Below, in pieces: positions 1 to 8,504 of a stretch of DNA of 64,000 bases. Position 1 is the first letter of the stretch. Every line of letters begins with the position of its first letter. Position numbers and translations under genes: made by a program. This DNA comes from a virus: the IMG/VR virus record IMGVR_UViG_3300020185_000011; one strand, 5' to 3'. The notes beneath the pieces were generated by a model. That model made no database searches and had not been told where the DNA came from. It was given only the letters and a program-made list of their open reading frames with translations.

Positions 1-28
1 AATAACAGTATTATTAATGGATAATTAA

Positions 29-1459
29 ATGGCAACAGGTTCACAAAAGGTCAAAACACCAGCAGGTTGGAATTCAACCCAAGGTGCATGGGTAAAGACA
101 GGTTCTTCCACATGGAAAGCAGTCGACCAAATCTATATTAAAACCCCTACTGGATGGAACAATGCATCAGGGCAGACTGCAACTCAAATTCCATATCCGT
201 ACATTGCAAATGGACAACAGCCAAACATAAGGGATGCTCAACAACCATATCCATACATTGCAAATGCACAACAACCAAACATAAGAGATGCACAGCAACC
301 GTATCCATATATTGCTAATGCACAAGAACCAAACATAAGGGATGCACAGCAACCATATCCTTATATAGCGAATGCAAGACAACCTTCTACGTACCAACAT
401 AGGAGTCCGTTTACATATGCAAGACAGGGACAAACACCGTTCACTTATCAACATAGGTCTCCATTTACATATAGAAACCCAGTAAATGGTCAAGAACCTA
501 ATATACGTAATAGTCAAACACCTTTCACTTATAGAAATCCAGTGAATGGACAAGAGCCTAATATTAGAGATGCACGTCAACCTTCTACGTATCAGCATAG
601 AAGTCCATTTACGTACAATCATAGGTCACCATTTACGTACAGTCATAGGTCTCCATTCACATATAGAAGTCCAGTGAATGCTCAAGAACCGAACATTAGA
701 GATGCAAGACAACCTGCTACGTATCAACATAGGTCACCGTTAACATATAGTCATAGGTCTCCGTTTACATATCAGCACAGGTCTCCATTTACATATAGAA
801 GTCCTGTAAGCGCACAGGAACCTAATATTAGAAATGCACGTCAACCTGCTACGTATCAGCACAGGTCACCTTTAACATATAGTCACAGGTCACCATTCAC
901 GTATCAACATAGGTCACCATTTACATATAGAAGTCCTGTATCTGCTCAAGAACCTAATATACGTAATGCAAGACAACCTTCTACGTATCAACATAGAAGT
1001 CCGTTAACATATAGTCATAGGTCACCATATACATACAGTCATAGGTCTCCGTTCACTTACAGAAACCCTGTATCTGCTCAACAACCTAATATACGTTCGG
1101 CACAACAACCTAATATACGTTCGGCACAACAACCGTTTACGTTCCAAAATCCGTTTACTTATCGACAACCAAGTAATGCTAGACAACCGAATAATGCAAG
1201 GAACCCATTTACGTATAGAGTACCGTATATTGCAAATGCTAGACAACCGAATAGTGCAAGGAACCCATTCACTTATAGAGTACCTTACATTGCTAATGCA
1301 AGACAACCGAATAGTGCAAGAAGCCCATTCACTTATAGAGTACCTTACATTGCTAATGCAAGGCAACCTGTTATTTCTCAGTCACCGTTTACATATAGTC
1401 ATAGGTCACCATTCAACTACTACTTTACTGGGGGTGGTGGCAACTTCTGTGAGCCATAA
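29..1459 (+). CDS. Pro-periodic repeat protein A (476 aa), probable virion fibre chain
   Basis: Trp-rich 54-aa N-terminus (WVKTGSSTWK), then 55 Pro-initiated units of 6/8/10 aa (PYPYIANAQQ, PNIRDAQQ, PFTYQHRS, PFTYRS, PVSAQE), ending GGGGNFCEP. Lies upstream of a tail-chaperone-like gene and the neck genes. Confidence 0.75.
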   Translation: MATGSQKVKTPAGWNSTQGAWVKTGSSTWKAVDQIYIKTPTGWNNASGQTATQIPYPYIANGQQPNIRDAQQPYPYIANAQQPNIRDAQQPYPYIANAQEPNIRDAQQPYPYIANARQPSTYQHRSPFTYARQGQTPFTYQHRSPFTYRNPVNGQEPNIRNSQTPFTYRNPVNGQEPNIRDARQPSTYQHRSPFTYNHRSPFTYSHRSPFTYRSPVNAQEPNIRDARQPATYQHRSPLTYSHRSPFTYQHRSPFTYRSPVSAQEPNIRNARQPATYQHRSPLTYSHRSPFTYQHRSPFTYRSPVSAQEPNIRNARQPSTYQHRSPLTYSHRSPYTYSHRSPFTYRNPVSAQQPNIRSAQQPNIRSAQQPFTFQNPFTYRQPSNARQPNNARNPFTYRVPYIANARQPNSARNPFTYRVPYIANARQPNSARSPFTYRVPYIANARQPVISQSPFTYSHRSPFNYYFTGGGGNFCEP

Positions 1460-2752
1460 GCCGATGAAAAACATGACAAGAAATAATATTAAACTAACAG
1501 GAGTTTTAAAGTGCCTATAGGTAATAGACAACAACCTACTATTAAGAACGCACAGCAACCTGTCGCGTCTCAGAATCCGTTCACATATGCAAACAGATAT
1601 CCAGCGAGTGCTCAACAACCTTTTACGTTCCAAGCACCATTTACATATAGTGCAAGATATCCAGCGAGTGCTCAACAACCTTTTACGTTCCAAGCACCAT
1701 TTACATATAGTGCAAGATATCCAGCGAATGGACAGCAACCGTTTACGTTTCAGAATCCGTTTACTTACAGACACCCTATGTCTGCGAGACAACCTAACAA
1801 CGCAAGGAATCCATTTACATACAGTTATAGGTCTCCATTTACGTACAACTATAGGTCACCATTTACATATAGAAGTCCTGTAAATGGTCAAGAACCTAAT
1901 ATACGTTCTGCACAAGAGCCTAATATTAGAAGTCAACAAGAACCTAATATACGTTCTGCACAGACTCCGTTCACTTATCAATATAGAAGTCCGTTCACTT
2001 ATAGAAACCCTGTATCTGCTCAAGAACCTAATATTAGAAACATACAGCAACCTAACATTAGAAGTCAGCAAGAACCTAATATACGTAATAGTCAAACACC
2101 GTTCACTTATCAGCACAGGTCTCCTTTCACTTATAGGAACCCTGTATCTGCACAAGAACCGAACATTAGAGCTGCACAACAACCTAATATTAGAAGTCAA
2201 CAAGAACCTAATATTAGAAACAGTCAAACACCGTTTACGTACAATCACAGGTCTCCATCTACATATAGGAACCCTGTATCTGCTCAAGAACCTAATATAC
2301 GTTCTGCTCAAGAACCTAATATACGTTCTGCACAAGAGCCTAACATTAGGGATGCTCAGACTCCGTTCACTTATCAATATAGAAGTCCGTTCACTTATCA
2401 GAATCCTAGTAATGCACGTCAACCTGCTACATATCAGTACAGGTCACCGTTCACTTATCAGAATCCAGTAAGCGCACAGGAACCTAATATTAGAAATGCA
2501 CAGCAACCGTATCCATACATTGCAGCTGCTCAAGAACCTAATATACGTAATGCACAGACTCCGTTTACTTATCAGAGAACAGGTCAAACACCGTTCACTT
2601 ATCAGCACAGGTCTCCATTCACGTATGCAAGACAGGGTCAAACACCGTTTACGTATCAACATAGAAGTCCGTTCACATATCAAAGAACAGGTCAAACACC
2701 GTTTACGTATCAACACAGAAGTCCATTCACATATGCAAGACAGGGTCAAACC
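191..2752 (+). repeat. Coding modular tandem repeats of 18/24/30 nt units (191-1408 and 1535-2752)
   Basis: Recurrent DNA units such as caagaacctaatatacgt, ccgttcacttat and cataggtcacca, with synonymous variation. Confidence 0.95.
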
Positions 2753-2815
2753 CCCGAAGCAAGATGGGATGGAGTGGTATCACAACAGTGGCCTGCAACC
2801 CCAATTACATCATAG
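1511..2815 (+). CDS. Pro-periodic repeat protein B (434 aa), antiparallel partner of protein A
   Basis: GTG start with AGGAG SD at 1499-1503; 55 Pro-initiated units from the same vocabulary in mirror order; Trp-containing C-terminal tail; followed by a terminator. Confidence 0.75.
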   Translation: MPIGNRQQPTIKNAQQPVASQNPFTYANRYPASAQQPFTFQAPFTYSARYPASAQQPFTFQAPFTYSARYPANGQQPFTFQNPFTYRHPMSARQPNNARNPFTYSYRSPFTYNYRSPFTYRSPVNGQEPNIRSAQEPNIRSQQEPNIRSAQTPFTYQYRSPFTYRNPVSAQEPNIRNIQQPNIRSQQEPNIRNSQTPFTYQHRSPFTYRNPVSAQEPNIRAAQQPNIRSQQEPNIRNSQTPFTYNHRSPSTYRNPVSAQEPNIRSAQEPNIRSAQEPNIRDAQTPFTYQYRSPFTYQNPSNARQPATYQYRSPFTYQNPVSAQEPNIRNAQQPYPYIAAAQEPNIRNAQTPFTYQRTGQTPFTYQHRSPFTYARQGQTPFTYQHRSPFTYQRTGQTPFTYQHRSPFTYARQGQTPEARWDGVVSQQWPATPITS

Positions 2816-2835
2816 GAACTTACCCGACAGTGAAC

Positions 2836-2862
2836 AAACCCCTCGAAAGAGGGGTTTTTTTT
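2836..2862 (+). terminator. Rho-independent terminator after the repeat gene pair
   Basis: AAACCCCTC-GAAA-GAGGGGTTT hairpin followed by a T-run. Confidence 0.9.
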
Positions 2863-2879
2863 ATCCTCTAAATACCAGT

Positions 2880-4460
2880 ATGAAAAATATAAGCACCCTT
2901 GAAGAAGCAAAAGAGTTAATTATCCCACAAGATTGGGACAAACTAAGAGACCAAGATAGAAGACACATTGGTAATTTCCATCTAGGTTCATTTAATATAG
3001 AACCAGGCTTTAGTAAAACTAGTGAAACATATAAAATTCTAGACTGGTTATTCAAAGAGATTCTTCCACCTGTAAAAATTGCAAAGTGGTCAGACTTTGA
3101 ATACCTAAGAAAGGAAAATAGATTTGGTGGGTTCAATGGTTTGAGAAATGAATCAGTAACCTATCACAAGTTCCTACCAAGAGGTTATGCAGAGAAACCT
3201 AGAAAGGTTATCCCAGGCGTAGCAGGTATGGATATGAAAGATGCTGATGGATATGTCGATATAGACACATTAATCGATTGGGATACCGTTGAAAATAGAG
3301 ACCAAAGTGCAGAAGGGTCATTACTATCGATGTATTATCATGGTGCAAAAGCACATTGGTTAATTCAAAGTATTCAAGAGGAAGGTCTTAGAGCTCCTAT
3401 TCAAGGATATGTTATCAGTCATGGTATTACTGGTAATAATGTAGAACCAACTTATACATTTAGAATACATCCAGGCTCTATTAGGAGTGGTGTGTTTGAA
3501 GAATTGAATGATAATGATATGGAAATTATGGTAATAGATAATTTTGATGTCGTGAAAGTTGAACCATCAAGCCTAGACGATGTGTTAGAAATGTGGTATA
3601 ATAAGTTAACGAGATTAGGTAAAGCATATCATTGTTCATTTACGTATGTTGATGGATGTATTGAATACAATACTGCATTGATGGACTTAGATTTCAGAGA
3701 AGAAGTACATGCATTCAACAAACAAGTCTTTGAACTTGCAAAGGGTAAACCCCTAACAATTTATATTGGACATGATAGTAGGCATGGAGATTTGTCTAAG
3801 TGTTCTAAGTTTGCAATCCTAGAAAGTATTAAAAGTGGATTCGGTAAAGGCTGGATGCACGACCAAGTTAAATGGGAACCCGAAGTCAAGATACTTGACA
3901 TTGCTGAGATTCCCGAGTATACTAGAGAGTATGCTAATCAAAGTACTGAATTTACATACAGTAGATTTCTAATACCTTACCTAGAGAACTATGAAGGGTT
4001 TAGTATCTTCATTGATGATGATTTCATCTTCAACAAAAGCATACTACCTATGTTCTACTATCTAAACCCAAACGATGCTGTTGCATGTATTAAATACCCA
4101 CAATACGAACATGATGCAACCAAGTTTGACGGTGAAGTTAATATCGATTATCCAAAGAAGCTGTGGTCTAGTATGATGGTGTTCAACAACGGACATGAAG
4201 ACTGTAAGAAGTTAACACCCGAAGTTGTCAACACATGGACAGGAAAACAGTTACATCAATTCGAATGGACTGATAAGATTTCACCTATACCCGAACACTA
4301 TATCTTTGTGGAAGGGTATGATAATCACGAAGAAAAGTATAATTATAGTGGTATTCACTATACTCGTGGTGGCCCATGGGTAAAAGGCATGGATTATTCT
4401 ACCATAAATAATCTTGAAGACTTTTTAAAAGTGAAAAGAAAGTTGCCAATTGGCGATTAG
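2880..4460 (+). CDS. Glycosyltransferase (GT-A, GT8/CDI-like C-terminal domain) fused to an N-terminal domain with ParB/Srx-like motif
   Basis: IYIGHDSR, STEFTYSRF, DDD (DxD), WSSMMVFN, HYTRGGPW motifs; N-terminal LIQSIQEEGLRAPI...IHPGSIR. True start is taken as ATG 2880, after the terminator and the TAAATA box at 2869-2874. Confidence 0.75.
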   Translation: MKNISTLEEAKELIIPQDWDKLRDQDRRHIGNFHLGSFNIEPGFSKTSETYKILDWLFKEILPPVKIAKWSDFEYLRKENRFGGFNGLRNESVTYHKFLPRGYAEKPRKVIPGVAGMDMKDADGYVDIDTLIDWDTVENRDQSAEGSLLSMYYHGAKAHWLIQSIQEEGLRAPIQGYVISHGITGNNVEPTYTFRIHPGSIRSGVFEELNDNDMEIMVIDNFDVVKVEPSSLDDVLEMWYNKLTRLGKAYHCSFTYVDGCIEYNTALMDLDFREEVHAFNKQVFELAKGKPLTIYIGHDSRHGDLSKCSKFAILESIKSGFGKGWMHDQVKWEPEVKILDIAEIPEYTREYANQSTEFTYSRFLIPYLENYEGFSIFIDDDFIFNKSILPMFYYLNPNDAVACIKYPQYEHDATKFDGEVNIDYPKKLWSSMMVFNNGHEDCKKLTPEVVNTWTGKQLHQFEWTDKISPIPEHYIFVEGYDNHEEKYNYSGIHYTRGGPWVKGMDYSTINNLEDFLKVKRKLPIGD

Positions 4461-4471
4461 TATGTTATAAT
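4443..4471 (+). promoter_or_regulatory. sigma70-type promoter with extended -10
   Basis: TTGCCA-N17-TATAAT with TG at -15/-14. Confidence 0.6.
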
Positions 4472-4491
4472 AGTAACGAGGAACTATAATT

Positions 4492-5049
4492 ATGAATGCA
4501 TTTATATACGACAGTGATGGTACAATTTTTGTCCGTAAACCAAACGGACTGGAATACAACTATGAGAATGTCGACAAACCTGCTTTTGATTTTGAATATG
4601 ATGTTGTCATCTATGATGATATCGAAGTAAAGATTGAGAAGTGGGAAGACGGTCTAAACTTTGACCAACAACAAAAAGTTGCACTTTCAAGAGAAGAGTG
4701 TGAAATTATTGAACAATACATTGAGAATAGTGAACCACCTATGGGTCATAGTCTCAATAGTCAAATCGTTGACAGTCTCTATAGAACTACAGATAAATAT
4801 GTTGACGAAGAGTGTAGACAATACAGATTCAAAGACTTGAATGAAGCAATGTATGCTGGTAGAGAAGGTTCATCCCATCCCCATAGAAACAATGCAAGAA
4901 GAGCTCTTGAATATGCAGACGCAATCAATTGTGTTCTTGCACAACTTGTAGACGAAGTCCAACAAACTAGAGAAGATTTCTTAAAGGACTATGACGCTTA
5001 TCAGAGTGAACTACCAAGTCCATACGTACCCGAAGATACCAGAGCTTAA
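4492..5049 (+). CDS. Putative tail fibre assembly chaperone-like protein
   Basis: C-terminal pattern (YVDEECRQYRFKDLNEAMYAG...ARRALEYADAI...ELPSP) resembles phage tail-fibre chaperone proteins; adjacent to fibre-like genes. Confidence 0.45.
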   Translation: MNAFIYDSDGTIFVRKPNGLEYNYENVDKPAFDFEYDVVIYDDIEVKIEKWEDGLNFDQQQKVALSREECEIIEQYIENSEPPMGHSLNSQIVDSLYRTTDKYVDEECRQYRFKDLNEAMYAGREGSSHPHRNNARRALEYADAINCVLAQLVDEVQQTREDFLKDYDAYQSELPSPYVPEDTRA

Positions 5050-5052
5050 GTA

Positions 5053-5757
5053 ATGTTCGAAAATGTTGAGTTAGAGTTCATCAAGGAACCCTTTCATATC
5101 AAAGATATGCCTTTGAAAAATATGTATATCCTTGATGACTATCTATCTCCAACATTACATCATGCAATAGACGAACAGATAGTTCGAAAGTCTTACTGGG
5201 CAAAGACCAACCAAGTGAATTCAAACTCACCTACAGGATTACCGCACCATAGTTTTTGGGGTGCTGGGTTTTTCAGAGGAGAGAATCAAGAAATAGAACA
5301 CGGTATGGAACCTAAAGACACATACTTAATGGGATGGTTCAATAGAAAGCTACAAACTGATTTTGGTTTTATGTGGGAAAGGTTTCAATACTTTGGATTG
5401 AACTCACAAACTCAAGGATTGGAAGGAACCACACATTCAGATTGTGATATGGAAGATGATTGGAATCTATCATTCTTATATTATCCAAATAGATTTTGGA
5501 ATGATTCATGGGGTGGGTCTTTACGATTGTATGATGAACCACAACAAGGAATCCATGGAAGAGCAGACCACATTAAAAATCATCAAACACAAGAAATATA
5601 TTTTAAACCAAATAGATTGTTGATATTTGACGGAAGAATACCACATGGTGCAGATGCACCATCTCCAAAGGCACGATATATGGATAGACGTTCTTTGGTA
5701 ATAAGAGGAGACGAAATTAGTATAAGAACTTTATGGGGTGAAGATGCCTACGATTGA
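5053..5757 (+). CDS. 2OG-Fe(II) oxygenase, prolyl-hydroxylase-like
   Basis: HxD (HSD), WGGSL, distal H (PHGA) and R motifs. Confidence 0.8.
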   Translation: MFENVELEFIKEPFHIKDMPLKNMYILDDYLSPTLHHAIDEQIVRKSYWAKTNQVNSNSPTGLPHHSFWGAGFFRGENQEIEHGMEPKDTYLMGWFNRKLQTDFGFMWERFQYFGLNSQTQGLEGTTHSDCDMEDDWNLSFLYYPNRFWNDSWGGSLRLYDEPQQGIHGRADHIKNHQTQEIYFKPNRLLIFDGRIPHGADAPSPKARYMDRRSLVIRGDEISIRTLWGEDAYD

Positions 5758-6670
5758 ATTCACAACTTACGATAAGAGAACCACAGAGTTATGGAGACCT
5801 GTTTTAGCTAAAAAGGTTGTTCCCGATTGGTGGAAGACCATGAAAGTTCAAGAGATGGTTCGTGGGAATAAGACTCAAACTATTAGGTCATGTCCAGCAA
5901 TGGACGACTGGTTAAAGAGTGGTTGGTACATATGTGCAAAAACAGATATGCAAGTAAAGGTAAATGAAGACGGTAGGTCAATGACAGACCCAAACAATCC
6001 CCTTCATTCTCCAACTCATCCAGCTGCACAAGGTGGTCATAACTTTACCTACCTACCCAAAGAGGATGCACCCACTAAAGATGCATTTAAAATGAGAGCT
6101 CCTTGGAATATTATTACACCACCAGGCTATTCATGTCTATATCTAGACCCCTTTCTATTTCAGAATACTCATTTTGCAACATGGCAGGGAATCATCGATA
6201 CAGATACATTCAATGTGAATATGGATAATTCTCAGATTATATTCTATCCTAAAACGAATAAGGACTTTGTAATCAAAGAGGGTACACCACTAGTACAGGT
6301 CGTTCCTTACAGAAGAGAAGTGTGGAATGCATCCTATATAACTTATGATAATAAATCATGGCAAGAGAATCGTTCTGTAAGAACTACACATAGAGTAGGA
6401 GAGGACGGTGAGAAACTCAAGACCATGGACGAATGGAATAGGTCACCCGAACTCAGAGAAGAGAAGAGACACATAGAAGGAATGGCTGGTGCATACAGAA
6501 GAATTAAATATTGGAATGAAAAGGGAAGGATGTTCAAAGAAGATAATCCACCACCCGAATGTCCTATGCACAACCCCGATGTAAATGACGAGGTAGAGAT
6601 GGAAAGGGATTATAAAAAAGAACAATTGAAACAAACTGATTTGAATTGGGATGGTCAAGATGACAGTTAG
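5744..6670 (+). CDS. Conserved T4-like phage protein (DUF6065-like), often found beside oxygenases
   Basis: PDWWK, CPAMDDWLKSGW, PWNIITPPGYSCL, GIIDTD, GTPLVQVVP motifs. Confidence 0.55.
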   Translation: MPTIEFTTYDKRTTELWRPVLAKKVVPDWWKTMKVQEMVRGNKTQTIRSCPAMDDWLKSGWYICAKTDMQVKVNEDGRSMTDPNNPLHSPTHPAAQGGHNFTYLPKEDAPTKDAFKMRAPWNIITPPGYSCLYLDPFLFQNTHFATWQGIIDTDTFNVNMDNSQIIFYPKTNKDFVIKEGTPLVQVVPYRREVWNASYITYDNKSWQENRSVRTTHRVGEDGEKLKTMDEWNRSPELREEKRHIEGMAGAYRRIKYWNEKGRMFKEDNPPPECPMHNPDVNDEVEMERDYKKEQLKQTDLNWDGQDDS

Positions 6671-7370
6671 ATTAGCATTCCCTACTGCTATATTTGAAAG
6701 AGATTTACTTGACAAAGAAAAGTATGGTAACGATGCTGTTACAATTGAATACATCGATTCTCTTAGAAATGAAATGGATGCATGGAGACAAAGAGACCCG
6801 AAGGGAAGGCAGATTTCAAATAGATATACTGGTTGGCAGTCGGAAGATGGTATAGAACAACATCCAAGTTTTGCAAAGATTATAAGATGTATTGAAGCTG
6901 CATTGAGAGAAGAGGTGCAGACATTCTTTGGAGTAAATCCAAATGCAGCCCAAATTAAAATAGACAACACATGGGCAAACATAAATGATAAAGGTGCGTG
7001 GAACACACCACACTTACATAATGGTTGTTGGTATAGTGGAGTATGTTATATACATGGTGACGGTGACGAGGGAGACCTCAATATGATTAATACCGATGCT
7101 AAAGTAGTTGCAGACCACCCATCTTTGCAACGACACCAAGAGAGTATTCAGTACCAACCTAAAACTGGAAGACTCATATTGTTTCCTAGTGGTGCAATGC
7201 ATATGGTAGAACCCAATCCCACAGACAAAGATAGATACTCAATCTCTTTCAATTGTAGAGTACAATACATTGGTAATCCCTCAGATGCAAGAAAACCGTG
7301 GAGAAACCCACCGCCTGAAGATGAATTTACTTTTGAATTAGATTCAAATGGCGACCCCATAATCAACTAG
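6660..7370 (+). CDS. 2OG-Fe(II) oxygenase (TIGR02466-like)
   Basis: WANIN, HLH, SGVCY, GRLILFPS, HMVEPN, RYSISFN. Confidence 0.8.
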   Translation: MTVRLAFPTAIFERDLLDKEKYGNDAVTIEYIDSLRNEMDAWRQRDPKGRQISNRYTGWQSEDGIEQHPSFAKIIRCIEAALREEVQTFFGVNPNAAQIKIDNTWANINDKGAWNTPHLHNGCWYSGVCYIHGDGDEGDLNMINTDAKVVADHPSLQRHQESIQYQPKTGRLILFPSGAMHMVEPNPTDKDRYSISFNCRVQYIGNPSDARKPWRNPPPEDEFTFELDSNGDPIIN

Positions 7371-7387
7371 AAATTCTAAATAGTAGT

Positions 7388-7648
7388 ATGGAAATTACTA
7401 TTACACCTTATCTATTATGGAACCTCGTTACGGTATTCGTAATCGTACCCATTGGTTTTCTATTAAGAAGTTCATTATCAGAACTATCTAGGCTCTCAAT
7501 ACTAGTCAACAAGACTAGAGAAGAGATAGCAAAGGACTACGTCACAAGAGAAGAAATAGAACGTGATATGACCAAGTTACTTGACCAAATGAACCGTATT
7601 TCAGACAAAATAGATAAACTTACATCTAAGACTTATTTCCAAGAATAA
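7388..7648 (+). CDS. Small membrane protein with coiled-coil tail
   Basis: One N-terminal hydrophobic helix; TAAATA box 5 nt upstream of ATG. Confidence 0.6.
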   Translation: MEITITPYLLWNLVTVFVIVPIGFLLRSSLSELSRLSILVNKTREEIAKDYVTREEIERDMTKLLDQMNRISDKIDKLTSKTYFQE

Positions 7649-7684
7649 AAAACGCATAAATAGTATTAAACAGGAAATACTATT

Positions 7685-8500
7685 ATGGCACAACCCAATT
7701 CAAAAGCAACCCTCAAAGAGTATGTGAAGAGAAAACTAGGCGCACCTGTGTTGGAAATCAACGTGGATGATGACCAGTTTGATGATAGAATTGATGAAGG
7801 ACTTCAATACTTTAGAGAATACTGCTATGATGGTAGTATCAAGTGTTATCTTAAGCACGAACTAACCCAAAATCAGATAGATTCATTCAAGACAAACGAA
7901 TCTCATTCTGCAGCTACGGCTGGTAGTCATGCTGTGGATAACCAAACTTACAAAGAGCAACAGAACTATCTTACCCTACCCGAACACGTATTATCCGTTT
8001 TAAACATTTTACCATTCAATGACAAACATAATCTAAACATGTTTGACTTAAGATATCAATTAAGACTAAACGATATGTATGACTTGACATCAACCAATGT
8101 CTTGTATTACGAGATGGTTCAACAGAACATTTCAATGATGGATAACATCCTAGTTGGAAGAACTCCAATTAGATACAATATGCATTCTAATAGATTGTAT
8201 CTAGATTTAGATGCAGATAGTCTTACAGCTGGTGAGTTCTTAATTATTGAGTGTTATAGAAAGATAGACCCAACCGACATGACAGATATCTATAATGATA
8301 TGTGGTTAAAGAAATACTGTACTGCATTAGTTAAGTATCAGTGGGGTGAAAACCTATCGAAGTTTTCGGGAATTGCATTGCCTGGCGGAGTTACATTAGA
8401 CGCTACACAGATGAAGTCCGAAGCACAAGAGGAAATTACAAGATTAGAAGAAGAGTCTAGACTGAATTTTGAAATGCCAGTCATGGACTTAATGGGATAA
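7685..8500 (+). CDS. gp13: Neck protein
   Basis: LGAPVLEINVDDDQ, QWGENLSKF, LPGGVTL; T4 synteny; late box ATAAATA at 7656-7662. Confidence 0.9.
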   Translation: MAQPNSKATLKEYVKRKLGAPVLEINVDDDQFDDRIDEGLQYFREYCYDGSIKCYLKHELTQNQIDSFKTNESHSAATAGSHAVDNQTYKEQQNYLTLPEHVLSVLNILPFNDKHNLNMFDLRYQLRLNDMYDLTSTNVLYYEMVQQNISMMDNILVGRTPIRYNMHSNRLYLDLDADSLTAGEFLIIECYRKIDPTDMTDIYNDMWLKKYCTALVKYQWGENLSKFSGIALPGGVTLDATQMKSEAQEEITRLEEESRLNFEMPVMDLMG

Positions 8501-8504
8501 AAAC

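Noticed and set aside
1454-1516. T4 gene 60-like ribosomal bypass joining A and B (CCA-TAA ... CCT, same frame)
   Set aside because: Take-off and landing codons differ, there is no take-off hairpin, and B has its own AGGAG SD and GTG start.
167-2749. Long alternative-frame and antisense ORFs across the repeat genes
   Set aside because: These are shadows of low-complexity repeats that lack stops in other frames; they have no SD or promoter support.
191-2752. CRISPR array, DGR or DNA inverted repeat as explanation of the repeats
   Set aside because: The repeats are in-frame with synonymous variation, there are no unique spacers, no cas or reverse transcriptase gene is in the window, and the two genes are not DNA reverse complements.
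2496-2879. 128-aa N-terminal extension of the glycosyltransferase ORF in the track
   Set aside because: It overlaps repeat gene B out of frame and crosses a strong terminator; the late box points to ATG 2880.
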